From: Halalkalibacterium halodurans
Lineage (GTDB): Bacteria; Bacillota; Bacilli; Bacillales; Bacillaceae_D
DNA: 32,000 nt
Direction of reading: 5' to 3'
Assembly (NCBI RefSeq): GCF_004376175.1
Contig: NZ_SNUY01000001.1
Coordinates: forward strand, 1-32,000
Shown: in pieces, positions 20,950 through 29,064 of the stretch
How the letters are laid out: the number at the start of each line of letters is the position of its first letter
How positions within the stretch are numbered: the stretch's first letter is position 1
The notes under the pieces: model-generated
Database searches by the model: none
What the model saw: only the letters and a program-made list of their open reading frames with translations
Told to the model about the DNA's origin: nothing
Translations under genes and position numbers: made by a program

Positions 20950-22047
20950 TTAAAACTTCCCAGTGTTCACTTGACTTGGCCTAGAAACAGGCTCTGCCAC
21001 AAATTCACCTTGCTCATTTAAAATGTTAGTCTCTCCGTTGACTTGAATCGCTACTTTTTCCACACCGTCTTGCTCTGTAAGCGTTAAGGCTAACATGTTA
21101 ATGATTTCATCCGAAACGGCAGTTGCTTGCATTTGACTTAAAAGCGCTTCGTTGAAGTTCAGGGTGACGACGCCATTTTCGTATTTCGGTTCGTCCAATA
21201 GCTCAACCCCATTGCGGAAATCGGTGACTAAAGGAGACGTCACCATCGGCCCATTTAAAAGCTCCTCCACCGCCGTCGCAAACGAATTGTCTTTCACATT
21301 GACCCGGCGAGTAACCGGGACATAGTACGTCTGATCTCCAGACTGGGCAAGAAAGTAAAGGGTGACCGCCTCGCTGTTGACGACATCAACCACATCGCCC
21401 GATTCTAAGTTAATTCCATTGGCACGGCTATAACCATCACCAATCGGTGTTCCATTAACCGGCATTTTCTCGAGCTCATGACCGTTCACTTGAAGTTTTA
21501 CTTTTTCTACGTTTTCAAATTGGGTAAGCGTCCATGTAATCGATTGAAGAATTTGTTGTTCCTTCTCCCCATCGTATTCGGTAAACTCTTTCGAGAAGTC
21601 AACAACGGCTACACCGTCCTCTAAATTGACAGACATCTCCGTATCTGGAGGAAGCACCGCTTGGAACCCATTCGGTAATAAATTCGTGACAGGGCCACCC
21701 TCAACTAAATATTCAAGGGATTGTTTCAACACACCGTCGGATTTTGGCAGCGGTAACGTTTGCGGGACGACCATGCCGTTTTCATCTAGCAAATACAGCT
21801 CACGATTGACTGTTTCTTCTACGGCTGATTCTTCATCCCCTTCTTCTCCTTTCTCCTCACGCTCGCCTTCGTCCTCTGGAACCCCTTCTTCCTCTAACTC
21901 TAATGATTCGCCTTCTTCTACATAATTGACAGGCGGTGTATCCATTTCATTTAAGGCTTCGTTGGCTCCAGAAGAGCACGCCGCAAATACAGCAAGCGAT
22001 GCCGCAATGATGACAAACGGCGCCCCTTTTCTTAGGATTTTGCGCAT
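20950..22047 (-). CDS. gerM: Germination lipoprotein GerM (two GerMN domains)
   Basis: 365 aa. The N-terminus MRKILRKGAPFVIIAASLAVFAAC carries a lipobox. An acidic linker and two repeated GerMN-like halves follow. It sits between racE and rph as in B. subtilis. Confidence 0.88.
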   Translation of the reverse strand: MRKILRKGAPFVIIAASLAVFAACSSGANEALNEMDTPPVNYVEEGESLELEEEGVPEDEGEREEKGEEGDEESAVEETVNRELYLLDENGMVVPQTLPLPKSDGVLKQSLEYLVEGGPVTNLLPNGFQAVLPPDTEMSVNLEDGVAVVDFSKEFTEYDGEKEQQILQSITWTLTQFENVEKVKLQVNGHELEKMPVNGTPIGDGYSRANGINLESGDVVDVVNSEAVTLYFLAQSGDQTYYVPVTRRVNVKDNSFATAVEELLNGPMVTSPLVTDFRNGVELLDEPKYENGVVTLNFNEALLSQMQATAVSDEIINMLALTLTEQDGVEKVAIQVNGETNILNEQGEFVAEPVSRPSQVNTGKF

Positions 22048-22176
22048 TTCCCTATTCCCTCCTCAGCATGTTTGTACTAAATGTATACGAGCCTGCCCAC
22101 AAATTAGACCATCTATCTTGGAAAAGCCGTAAAAAAGAATTATATCGGTAAGCTAATAAAGGAATGAGCGTTCACA

Positions 22177-22211
22177 CAAAAGAAAAAATCACACCATGGA
22201 GTAGTGTGATT
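22177..22211 (-). terminator. Rho-independent terminator after racE
   Basis: On the minus strand an AATCACAC / GTGTGATT 8-bp stem (22211-22204 and 22194-22187) with a 9-nt loop is followed by TTTTTCTTTT. Confidence 0.75.
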
Positions 22212-22223
22212 TTCGTTTTCTTT

Positions 22224-23024
22224 CTATGACTCAAGGGTAATCGTTTCTACCCCTGGAACATTCATTTCTAACCAGACATCTGCTAATCGCTTGAAGCTTT
22301 TCGCATCACCCGTTGTGTAAAAATGATGTTCTGGTGCTTCATTACAAGTACGCAACCTCTGCTTATGATAAAGTAATCCACTTACTTCTCGCGCCGTTTC
22401 GTCCCCCGAGGAAATGATCTGAATGTCTGATCCCATCACCTCTTGGATCACAGGCTTTAATAACGGGTAGTGGGTGCAGCCTAAAATGAGCGTGTCGAAC
22501 CCTTTCCCTTGTAAAGGCTTAAGGGTTTCTGAACAGGTCTCTAATGCCTCAGGACCTGAAAAAATCCCTCGTTCCACTAGAGGGACAAATGGGGGGCATG
22601 CCAAACTTTCAACCTGTACCCGATTGTTGATCTTTTTCAACGTGTGCTCATAGGCCCCGCTTTGAATCGTGCCTGTTGTCCCAATGACGGCCACATGTTC
22701 ATTCTTCGTCACTTTTAGTGCGCTAATCGCTCCCGGTTGGACAACTCCGACGACAGGAATAGAGAGCTTCTCCTTCACCTCATCCAAGACGACTGCTGCA
22801 GCAGTATTACAGGCAATGACGAGCATTTTAATCTCCTGCTTCGTTAAATACTCGATCATTTGCCATGTGTAAGTCCTCACTTCATGCGGTGGACGAGGAC
22901 CATACGGACAGCGCTTTGAATCCCCGATGTAAATTAGCTCTTCTTTCGGTAACTGTCTTATCAGTTCCTTAGCGACCGTTAGCCCGCCAAGGCCTGAATC
23001 TATAACCCCTATTGGTCTATCCAT
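22224..23024 (-). CDS. racE: Glutamate racemase
   Basis: From the ATG at 23024 the protein starts [17 protein letters not shown]. It contains the catalytic-Cys contexts ACNTA and GCTHYP. A GAGGG SD lies upstream. The track extension to 23090 overlaps the upstream MarR gene. Confidence 0.94.
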   Translation of the reverse strand: MDRPIGVIDSGLGGLTVAKELIRQLPKEELIYIGDSKRCPYGPRPPHEVRTYTWQMIEYLTKQEIKMLVIACNTAAAVVLDEVKEKLSIPVVGVVQPGAISALKVTKNEHVAVIGTTGTIQSGAYEHTLKKINNRVQVESLACPPFVPLVERGIFSGPEALETCSETLKPLQGKGFDTLILGCTHYPLLKPVIQEVMGSDIQIISSGDETAREVSGLLYHKQRLRTCNEAPEHHFYTTGDAKSFKRLADVWLEMNVPGVETITLES

Positions 23025-23034
23025 TCGATTTCCC

Positions 23035-23490
23035 TCAATTTCTTTTTTTCTCTTCCTCTTTTTTGGCCTGCATCTCGTCATACAAGACATTTAAATAGTT
23101 TTCAAACATGCTCACTTCTTCGTCTGAAAACTTTTCTAAGATATCCGTTAAATATTCTTGACGTTTACGGATCACTTCTTCAATGATTGTTTTTCCACGT
23201 TCTAATAAATGAATACGAATGACGCGCCGATCATTTTGATCTTTGACTCGCTCCACTAAATGGTTTTTCTCCATCCGATCGATCAAATCGGTTGTTGTAC
23301 TGCAAGCTAAATACATTTTTTGTGACAATTCACCTATCGTCATATCCCCATGTTCATTTAACCATTGCAGCGCAACAAACTGGGGGGGCGTAATCGGGAA
23401 GTGGGTTAATATTTCCCGCCCCTTCTGTTTTACGATTTCTGCCACCATTCGTAATGATTTTTCAATTTGCTCTACTTGGCGTCGCTCCAC
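23035..23490 (-). CDS. ysmB: MarR-family transcriptional regulator (YsmB-like by position)
   Basis: 151 aa. A GTG start lies 7 nt after AGGAGG. It shows the winged-helix MarR pattern ([12 protein letters not shown]...[43 protein letters not shown]). Confidence 0.85.
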   Translation of the reverse strand: MERRQVEQIEKSLRMVAEIVKQKGREILTHFPITPPQFVALQWLNEHGDMTIGELSQKMYLACSTTTDLIDRMEKNHLVERVKDQNDRRVIRIHLLERGKTIIEEVIRKRQEYLTDILEKFSDEEVSMFENYLNVLYDEMQAKKEEEKKRN

Positions 23491-23611
23491 TGTGGAACCT
23501 CCTGATTAAAGTACTCTTATCCTATATTTTCGCTGTTTTTTATAGGAATTGCAAGGTTCGACACAGTTTTTTCACATGGAAAAGAGCCGACCTAACGGGC
23601 AGCCCTTTCCA

Positions 23612-25330
23612 TTATTTCAAGTACGTTTTCTTTACAAGTTGCTCAACTTCCTCTGCTGTATCATGCATTAACGCTTTTTGTGCAAACGGTTTAAGCTCTT
23701 CTTTCGATAGCTTCAAAAGTTGGCTGCGAGCTGGTAAAATCGATGTTGCACTCATGCTGAACTCGTCCAATCCAAGACCAAGCAAGAGTGGAATCGCCAC
23801 TTCATCTCCAGCCATTTCACCGCACATCCCGACCCACTTGCCTTCGCTATGAGCTGCTTTAATAACCATATCGACGAGGCGTAAAATCGCAGGGTGGTAT
23901 GGCTGATACAGGTAGGAGACTCGCTCATTCATGCGGTCAGCAGCCATCGTATATTGAATTAAGTCGTTCGTTCCGATACTGAAAAAGTCTACTTCTTTTG
24001 CAAAAAGATTAGCCGCTACCGCCGTCGATGGGATTTCTACCATGATTCCCACTTCAATTGAATCGGATACGTCCACTCCTTCACTAAGAAGCTTGTCTTT
24101 TTCCTCTTGCATGATCGCTTTTGCTTGGCGAAGCTCTTCAAGGGTGGCGATCATTGGAAACATCACCTTTAAGTTACCGTATGTGCTTGCGCGAAGCAAG
24201 GCACGGAGTTGGGTCCGGAAAATATCTTGTTTTTCAAGGCACAGACGAATCGCCCGGAAACCAAGGAACGGATTAAGCTCTTTCGGTAGCTGTAGGTAGG
24301 AAAGTTCCTTATCTCCCCCAATATCTAGGGTGCGAATGACAACAGGCTTTCCGTCCATTCGCTGTACAACTTCCTTGTATGCTTCAAATTGCTCCTCTTC
24401 CGTCGGAAGCTGATCGCGATCCATATATAAAAACTCTGTTCGGTAAAGGCCGATGCCTTCGCCGCCATTGGCTAGAACACCATCAACATCTTTTGGAGTC
24501 CCAATGTTTGCAGCTAATTCAACATGAGCGCCATCCTTCGTTGTGGAAGGCTCCCCTACGAGCTTGGCCCATTCTTGCTTCTGCTTTTCAAAGGCCGCGC
24601 GTTTTTCTTCATAGGCTTTCACTTCTTCTTCAGTAGGATTGACGATCACAATTCCCTCGATGCCGTCAACGATCACCATATCGCCATGTTGAATTTTCTC
24701 TGTTACTTCCTTCGTTCCAACAACCGCTGGAATTTCAAGTGATCGGGACATAATCGCCGAATGGGACGTACGTCCTCCAATATCGGTCGCAAATCCTTTA
24801 ACGAATTGTTTGTTCAATTGAGCTGTATCTGAAGGCGTTAAATCCTCTGCGATAATAACCGTTTCTTCAGCAATTGTTGCCAGAGAACCAGTTTCCACGC
24901 CAATAAGATGCCCTAACACCCGCTTCGAAACGTCACGAATGTCGGCCGCTCGTTCTTTCATATATTCATTGTCCATGCTTTCAAACATGGAGACAAACAT
25001 GTCGGATACTTCTTTTAATGCATATTCTGCGTTCATTTGCTCATTCTCGATTTTCCCTTTGATCCCATCCACGAGTTCAGGGTCGTCAAGTACTAGCAAA
25101 TGCGCCGCAAAAATCTCAGCCTTGTCGGCTCCCATACTAGCTTCTGTTTGATCTTTGATCGCTCTTAGCTCTTCTTTTGATTTTTCGAGAGCGGCTGTTA
25201 ATTTTTCGATCTCTGTTGAAACATCTGTGATGGACGTTTTTTTTATGTCAACGTTTGGTTCTAGGTGAATGAATGCTTTGGCGATCGCTACGCCAGATGA
25301 CGCAGCGATGCCAGTAATTTTGTGATGCAT
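23612..25330 (-). CDS. ptsI: Phosphoenolpyruvate-protein phosphotransferase (PTS Enzyme I)
   Basis: 572 aa. It contains [21 protein letters not shown] (active-site His region) and GEMAGD. It starts 2 nt after the ptsH stop. Confidence 0.97.
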   Translation of the reverse strand: MHHKITGIAASSGVAIAKAFIHLEPNVDIKKTSITDVSTEIEKLTAALEKSKEELRAIKDQTEASMGADKAEIFAAHLLVLDDPELVDGIKGKIENEQMNAEYALKEVSDMFVSMFESMDNEYMKERAADIRDVSKRVLGHLIGVETGSLATIAEETVIIAEDLTPSDTAQLNKQFVKGFATDIGGRTSHSAIMSRSLEIPAVVGTKEVTEKIQHGDMVIVDGIEGIVIVNPTEEEVKAYEEKRAAFEKQKQEWAKLVGEPSTTKDGAHVELAANIGTPKDVDGVLANGGEGIGLYRTEFLYMDRDQLPTEEEQFEAYKEVVQRMDGKPVVIRTLDIGGDKELSYLQLPKELNPFLGFRAIRLCLEKQDIFRTQLRALLRASTYGNLKVMFPMIATLEELRQAKAIMQEEKDKLLSEGVDVSDSIEVGIMVEIPSTAVAANLFAKEVDFFSIGTNDLIQYTMAADRMNERVSYLYQPYHPAILRLVDMVIKAAHSEGKWVGMCGEMAGDEVAIPLLLGLGLDEFSMSATSILPARSQLLKLSKEELKPFAQKALMHDTAEEVEQLVKKTYLK

Positions 25331-25332
25331 GC

Positions 25333-25596
25333 TTATTCTCCTAATCCTTCCTTAATCACTTCTTCAATACCTTTAAGCGCTTCAGCTTCATCAGAACCTT
25401 CTGCTTTGATCGTCACTTGTGCACCTTTGCCAACGCCAAGTGACATAACGCCCATGATGGATTTCAAGTTAACAGCTTTCCCTTTGTATTCAAGAGTGAT
25501 CTCTGAAGAATACTGCCCCGCTTTGTTCACAAGCTGTGTTGCAGGACGTGCGTGAATCCCAGTTTCCGCTGTAATGGTAAACGTTTTTTCTGCCAT
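25333..25596 (-). CDS. ptsH: Phosphocarrier protein HPr
   Basis: From the ATG at 25596 the protein starts [23 protein letters not shown] (His15 site) and contains [10 protein letters not shown] (Ser46 site). It is 87 aa. Confidence 0.97.
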   Translation of the reverse strand: MAEKTFTITAETGIHARPATQLVNKAGQYSSEITLEYKGKAVNLKSIMGVMSLGVGKGAQVTIKAEGSDEAEALKGIEEVIKEGLGE

Positions 25597-25718
25597 AGAA
25601 AACAACCTCTTTCCTTGAATATTTTTATGATAAATGGAAACTATTCCAGTTTCACTTCATCCCTTCCTTGTTTATGTACCCGTTTTCTCTTTGCTGTAAG
25701 GACAAACAAGGAAACAAT

Positions 25719-25807
25719 AAAAAAAGACACAGTAAAGAATCGCACATGATGAATGAAGGGACAACCTTTAGCATTCCCTACACCTTTTTCATATACACTT
25801 CCCTACT
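25719..25807 (-). terminator. Candidate leader terminator overlapping the RAT element upstream of ptsH
   Basis: On the minus strand, 25807-25789 (AGTAGGGAAGTGTATATGA) can pair with 25749-25731 (TCATCATGTGCGATTCTTTACT region). In my hand alignment 18 of 19 positions pair if 5 G-U pairs are allowed. A T7 run (25725-25719) follows after a 5-nt gap. The stem is long and imperfect and the U-tract is offset, so this is tentative. Confidence 0.35.
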
Positions 25808-25833
25808 TATGCCTGATCGAATCAGTAACACGT
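25805..25833 (-). promoter_or_regulatory. RAT (ribonucleic antiterminator) target of a PRD-type antiterminator, GlcT-like
   Basis: The minus strand reads ACGTGTTACTGATTCGATCAGGCATAAGT. It has the TGTTACTG...CAGGCA core of BglG/SacY-family RATs. From memory it is near-identical to the B. subtilis ptsG leader RAT. Confidence 0.6.
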
Positions 25834-25916
25834 ATTTTCAGTGCACTTTATATTGTTGTAGCTTATGAAGTATGTAAGCACTCGTGTTTGCACCACTTCA
25901 TACCTAGCTAACAGAA

Positions 25917-25946
25917 ATTATAGCACAACTGAAGTCGGGCTTTCAA
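25917..25946 (-). promoter_or_regulatory. Sigma-A type promoter driving the RAT leader and ptsHI
   Basis: On the minus strand: TTGAAA (25946-25941), an 18-nt spacer, then TGcTATAAT (extended -10, TATAAT at 25922-25917). Confidence 0.65.
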
Positions 25947-26111
25947 TAAAAAACAAACGACAGGGAAGCATCGCCCTCCATCCCGTATCACGGTCTTGCC
26001 ATGCGAATACACTAAATATGAGAGCTAACGTCATTTTACCTAGTGAAGGGCCAAGCGTCAATCACTCGCCCTTATCTCCCCATAATTTTCACAATAGGGA
26101 TGTTCCTATTC

Positions 26112-26139
26112 ACGTGTCTGATTTTCATCACATATACTA
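26112..26139 (+). promoter_or_regulatory. Possible sigma-K type promoter of gerE
   Basis: AC at 26112-26113, 17 nt, then CATATACTA at 26131-26139. This fits the AC-N16/17-CATAnnnTA pattern recalled for mother-cell sigma-K promoters. It lies about 85 nt upstream of the gerE start. It is a pattern match only. Confidence 0.3.
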
Positions 26140-26221
26140 TGTTGACTAAACCCCTTCTTACACAGACATGAGACGGAGATGTCAAATGTAGCTTCGGCCC
26201 GTGCAAGAAGGAGTGAACCCA

Positions 26222-26446
26222 TTGAAGGGAGCAGAATTCGGACCAAAGCCCTTACTCACAAAAAGGGAGCGGGAAGTCTTCGAATTGTTAGTTCAAGACA
26301 AGACGACGAAAGAAATAGCTGAACAACTTTTCATCAGTGAAAAAACCGTTCGTAATCATATTTCCAACACGATGCAAAAGCTTGGGGTCAAGGGGCGCTC
26401 TCAAGCGGTCATCGAACTGATCCGATTAGGGGAACTGGAGATCTAA
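26222..26446 (+). CDS. gerE: Spore-coat gene regulator GerE (LuxR/FixJ-type HTH, 74 aa)
   Basis: From the TTG at 26222 (AAGGAG 8 nt upstream) the protein reads MKGAEFGPKPLLTKREREVFELLVQDKTTKEIAEQLFISEKTVRNHISNTMQKLGVKGRSQAVIELIRLGELEI. It has the same length as B. subtilis GerE and is nearly identical to it as I recall the sequence. Confidence 0.93.
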   Translation: MKGAEFGPKPLLTKREREVFELLVQDKTTKEIAEQLFISEKTVRNHISNTMQKLGVKGRSQAVIELIRLGELEI

Positions 26447-26502
26447 GGTCGCGTAACTACCTTTGACTCGCTCCCCTGTGATCACCGCTTTGTGGTGAAC
26501 CG

Positions 26503-26549
26503 GGTGACTTATGCTTTCCTTTTGGGAGCTAGGTCACCTGAATTTTTTT
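26503..26549 (+). terminator. Possible gerE terminator
   Basis: GGTGACTT (26503-26510) pairs with AGGTCACC (26531-26538), then TGAATTTTTTT. The loop is large (about 20 nt), so this is only moderate. Confidence 0.4.
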
Positions 26550-26701
26550 ATGGCATGATTTACGCCTTTATTTGATGACGAGCCTAAATGGCTCTCCTCA
26601 AGTGTGGTGCTATTCTTAATTTTATTTGTTCCTTTTATTATAAATTCAGTTCTCCCCTACTCATTAACATCCGTGATCTTATAGTATTTCGGAATATACA
26701 T
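26534..26701 (-). pseudogene. paiB-like (FMN_bind_2 family) gene remnant with an in-frame stop and a truncated 3' part
   Basis: GGAGGTG lies 5 nt before the ATG at 26701. The translation is MYIPKYYKITDVNE, then TAG (26659-26657), then the same frame continues GRTEFIIKGTNKIKNSTTLEESHLGSSSNKGVNHAIKKFR to a stop. MYIPK.F is the characteristic PaiB N-terminus. Only about 55 of roughly 200 codons are present. Confidence 0.6.
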
Positions 26702-26723
26702 AATAACACCTCCATTACTAAAG

Positions 26724-26939
<216 letters not shown>

Positions 26940-27076
26940 TTAAAGAGACAAACATAACAAGTACAACCATTCATTGTAGCAATGTGTTATATTATTGTAT
27001 GGGCAACGCCATATTGATCATAATAAGAAGTTTATGATCTAATATCCTACTAAACGAGTTAAGGAGTACATATTCG

Positions 27077-27184
27077 ATGGCAGAATTTGATTTTGGAGCA
27101 GCTTTCGTACAAATTGGTTTCATAGGTAGTATCATTTTAATTGGCTGGATTCTATTTTTGTTGGTAAAACGTCTAAAAAAGTAG
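27077..27184 (+). CDS. 35-aa hydrophobic peptide with a basic C-terminus (small membrane protein, possibly type I toxin-like)
   Basis: AAGGAG lies 10 nt upstream of the ATG. The translation is MAEFDFGAAFVQIGFIGSIILIGWILFLLVKRLKK, which gives one predicted TM helix and a KRLKK tail. Confidence 0.5.
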   Translation: MAEFDFGAAFVQIGFIGSIILIGWILFLLVKRLKK

Positions 27185-27215
27185 CCCTCTAGAGATGGAA
27201 TTTACAAAGGGCTAC
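27175..27215 (-). terminator. Terminator of the GNAT-lipoprotein operon, overlapping the last codons of the 35-aa ORF on the other strand
   Basis: On the minus strand GTAGCCCT (27215-27208) pairs with AGGGCTAC (27188-27181), then TTTTTT (27180-27175). The loop is 19 nt. Confidence 0.5.
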
Positions 27216-27285
27216 AGAAGTTTATTAGATACTTGTTCAAGTCTGCGCCGATTACGGCTATAATCAGCTTCCAAGTCTTTAGCAA

Positions 27286-27699
27286 TTAATCCGCTAGCAC
27301 TCCGTCCGGATCATATTTTTTCATTGCTTCTTGCTGTTCCCTCACTCTCTCCGCTTCTTCAAAAGACCCCATCGCCTCTAAATACTCAGCATTTTCCGCA
27401 TTCCAATACTTAGCGAGGCCCACCTCCGCCTCCATCGCTGTTTCTGCTTTCTGTAACTGCTCTCTCATGTCTTTATCCTGGATAAAAGCGTCACGCAAGA
27501 AATGATGGCTCGCGATTTGATTGCGAATGGTTTTATCCTTTACTTTTGCCAATTCGACCCCGAAGACAAAGATCTCAGGTTCTTCTTCGACTTCCGCTCG
27601 GTCCATTTCCCCTGCTTCCACACTCCACTCATTTGGGACACAAGCGACTGAGACACTGGCAAGAAAAACGATCACAACCATGTGAAATTTGAACCTCAT
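27286..27699 (-). CDS. Hypothetical lipoprotein
   Basis: From the ATG at 27699 (GAAGGGA SD) the protein starts MRFKFHMVVIVFLASVSVAC (signal peptide plus lipobox Cys). A charged helical region with no family I recognise follows. It starts 10-28 nt downstream of the GNAT gene stop. Confidence 0.7.
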   Translation of the reverse strand: MRFKFHMVVIVFLASVSVACVPNEWSVEAGEMDRAEVEEEPEIFVFGVELAKVKDKTIRNQIASHHFLRDAFIQDKDMREQLQKAETAMEAEVGLAKYWNAENAEYLEAMGSFEEAERVREQQEAMKKYDPDGVLAD

Positions 27700-27726
27700 G
27701 TCCATCCCTTCTTTCATTTAATGTTT

Positions 27727-28275
27727 CTATTTCCCATCTTTATACTCAAGCAACCAACAATCCTGATACTTCCCTTCATGAAGTTCATGCTTAGGAAGAA
27801 TTCGAACTTTGTTAAAGCCGCATTTTTCATAGCACCTTAACGCTCTTTTATTCCGGATTTGTGGGTCCATTATAACTCTGCCCGCTGGTTTTTCCTTAAG
27901 TAAGTAGTGCACCATTGACGATACAAGTAACGATCCAATTCCTTTATTCCAATAACCAGCTTCTCCTATAAATTGATCCATTCCAAAAATCAGCTCGTTA
28001 GTATAGCCAAAGTCCCTTTTTGTTTTTTCATCTAATTGATAATATTGGATGTATCCGATCGGATTCCCTTCATACTCGATCAAACATTTCACTGTCTCAT
28101 CAGCAGAATCATAAAAAACATCGCGAACTTTGTTTAGATTGAATGATTTGTCACGCCCCTCATAAAATTCGAGAACAATTGGGGAAGAAAGCCATTTTAC
28201 TAAAAGCTCCTCGTCCTTTTCCTCTAATCGGCGAACTTGTAAACCTTCCTTCTGAAATAGCATGCCATCCCTCAT
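27727..28275 (-). CDS. GNAT-family N-acetyltransferase resembling the AAC(6')-Ib aminoglycoside acetyltransferase family
   Basis: 182 aa. The GMDQFIGEAGYWNKGIGSLLV...DPQIRNKRALRCYEKCGFNKV pattern is like GIDQ...GKGLGT...DPSPSNLRAIRCYEKAGF of AAC(6')-Ib as I recall it. An alternative start is the ATG at 28263. Confidence 0.75.
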   Translation of the reverse strand: MRDGMLFQKEGLQVRRLEEKDEELLVKWLSSPIVLEFYEGRDKSFNLNKVRDVFYDSADETVKCLIEYEGNPIGYIQYYQLDEKTKRDFGYTNELIFGMDQFIGEAGYWNKGIGSLLVSSMVHYLLKEKPAGRVIMDPQIRNKRALRCYEKCGFNKVRILPKHELHEGKYQDCWLLEYKDGK

Positions 28276-28346
28276 TTCTAACGTCCTTCTAGACGAAAAC
28301 TAGTCGTATACGATAAAATCAAAGGTAGATTAGTAAAAGGTTACCA

Positions 28347-28439
28347 ATGATTTTGTTTTTAGGAGGATTTGCTACGTACTTTTTTATTATATTGCCCTGT
28401 TTGGTATCCCTGTCTTTATTGATTTATATAATAGGTTGA
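28347..28439 (+). CDS. Possible 30-aa hydrophobic peptide
   Basis: The ATG has only a weak AAAGG SD 6 nt upstream. The translation is MILFLGGFATYFFIILPCLVSLSLLIYIIG, which is entirely hydrophobic. It could be a chance ORF in T-rich DNA. Confidence 0.25.
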   Translation: MILFLGGFATYFFIILPCLVSLSLLIYIIG

Positions 28440-28664
28440 CAACAAACCACTTTCGCCCCACAGTTCATTCCCCCAGTCATATGTTTCATCTTTAGGATAG
28501 ACAGTGCACCTATCTTTTGTCTAGTAGACATGAGCTGTTTATCATTTTCAACACCGATTTGGTTCCAATTTTTTTAAGGGCTTTTTCCGGATTCATTTAT
28601 GACATGATACATACCCCTCTCAAGTGAGGGAAAACTTAAAACATGCCACGTTAGGGAGGGTTGT

Positions 28665-28922
28665 ATGGAACATCGTTCGCTAACCTATGTCGAAAGATTG
28701 ATGAATCTCCATGTTTTAATGGAAACGCGGCAAATGCTACAAACAAAATTAGCCGAAATGAATGGTGATGATCAGTCTTTTGAGCTTGTAAAAGAAGACT
28801 TACGAAAGATCGAGGAAGAGATAAAAAGCTATGCTGATGAACAATCAATGGAAGTTTTGGATCAGTCTATGCCCCATGCGCTATTTAATCCAGCTGTCAC
28901 CGAAGAATTAGACACACAATAA
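28665..28922 (+). CDS. Hypothetical 85-aa acidic, helical protein with no recognised family
   Basis: A strong SD (GGGAGGG) lies 5 nt before the ATG, and a clean terminator follows. The translation is MEHRSLTYVERLMNLHVLMETRQMLQTKLAEMNGDDQSFELVKEDLRKIEEEIKSY... Confidence 0.65.
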   Translation: MEHRSLTYVERLMNLHVLMETRQMLQTKLAEMNGDDQSFELVKEDLRKIEEEIKSYADEQSMEVLDQSMPHALFNPAVTEELDTQ

Positions 28923-28936
28923 CGACATAAAGTGTT

Positions 28937-28970
28937 AAAAGCCAAGAGATCCCTTGGCTTTTTCTATTTT
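28937..28970 (+). terminator. Rho-independent terminator of the 85-aa ORF
   Basis: AAAAGCCAAG (28937-28946) and CTTGGCTTTT (28953-28962) form a stem with a 6-nt loop, followed by TCTATTTT. Confidence 0.8.
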
Positions 28971-29007
28971 ACGGAATCTTTTCATGAACTTATGATGAAA
29001 GTATCAC

Positions 29008-29036
29008 TTGAACAACGATTTTACACTCGCCATAAT
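29008..29036 (+). promoter_or_regulatory. Sigma-A type promoter for the DUF817 gene
   Basis: TTGAAC (29008-29013), a 17-nt spacer, then CATAAT (29031-29036). AAGGAG lies 5 nt before the ATG at 29065. Confidence 0.55.
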
Positions 29037-29064
29037 AGACAAAAAGGCAAAATAAGGAGTTCTA

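Noticed and set aside
23491-23611. Possible ptsI terminator hairpin (GGAAAGGGC...GCTCTTTTCC)
   Set aside because: The pairing is imperfect and no U-tract follows on the minus strand. There is not enough support to annotate it.
25865-26149. 94-aa plus-strand ORF, plus the ORFs at 25552-25749 and 25668-25868, in the ptsH-gerE intergenic region
   Set aside because: They lie over the ptsHI promoter, RAT and leader on the opposite strand. They have no SD and no family resemblance. The region is better explained as regulatory.
28651-28848. 65-aa minus-strand ORF antisense to the 85-aa ORF, and the 83-aa plus-strand ORF at 28932-29183
   Set aside because: The first is antisense to an ORF with a much better SD and terminator. 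The second runs through a terminator and the DUF817 promoter and start. Neither has an SD.
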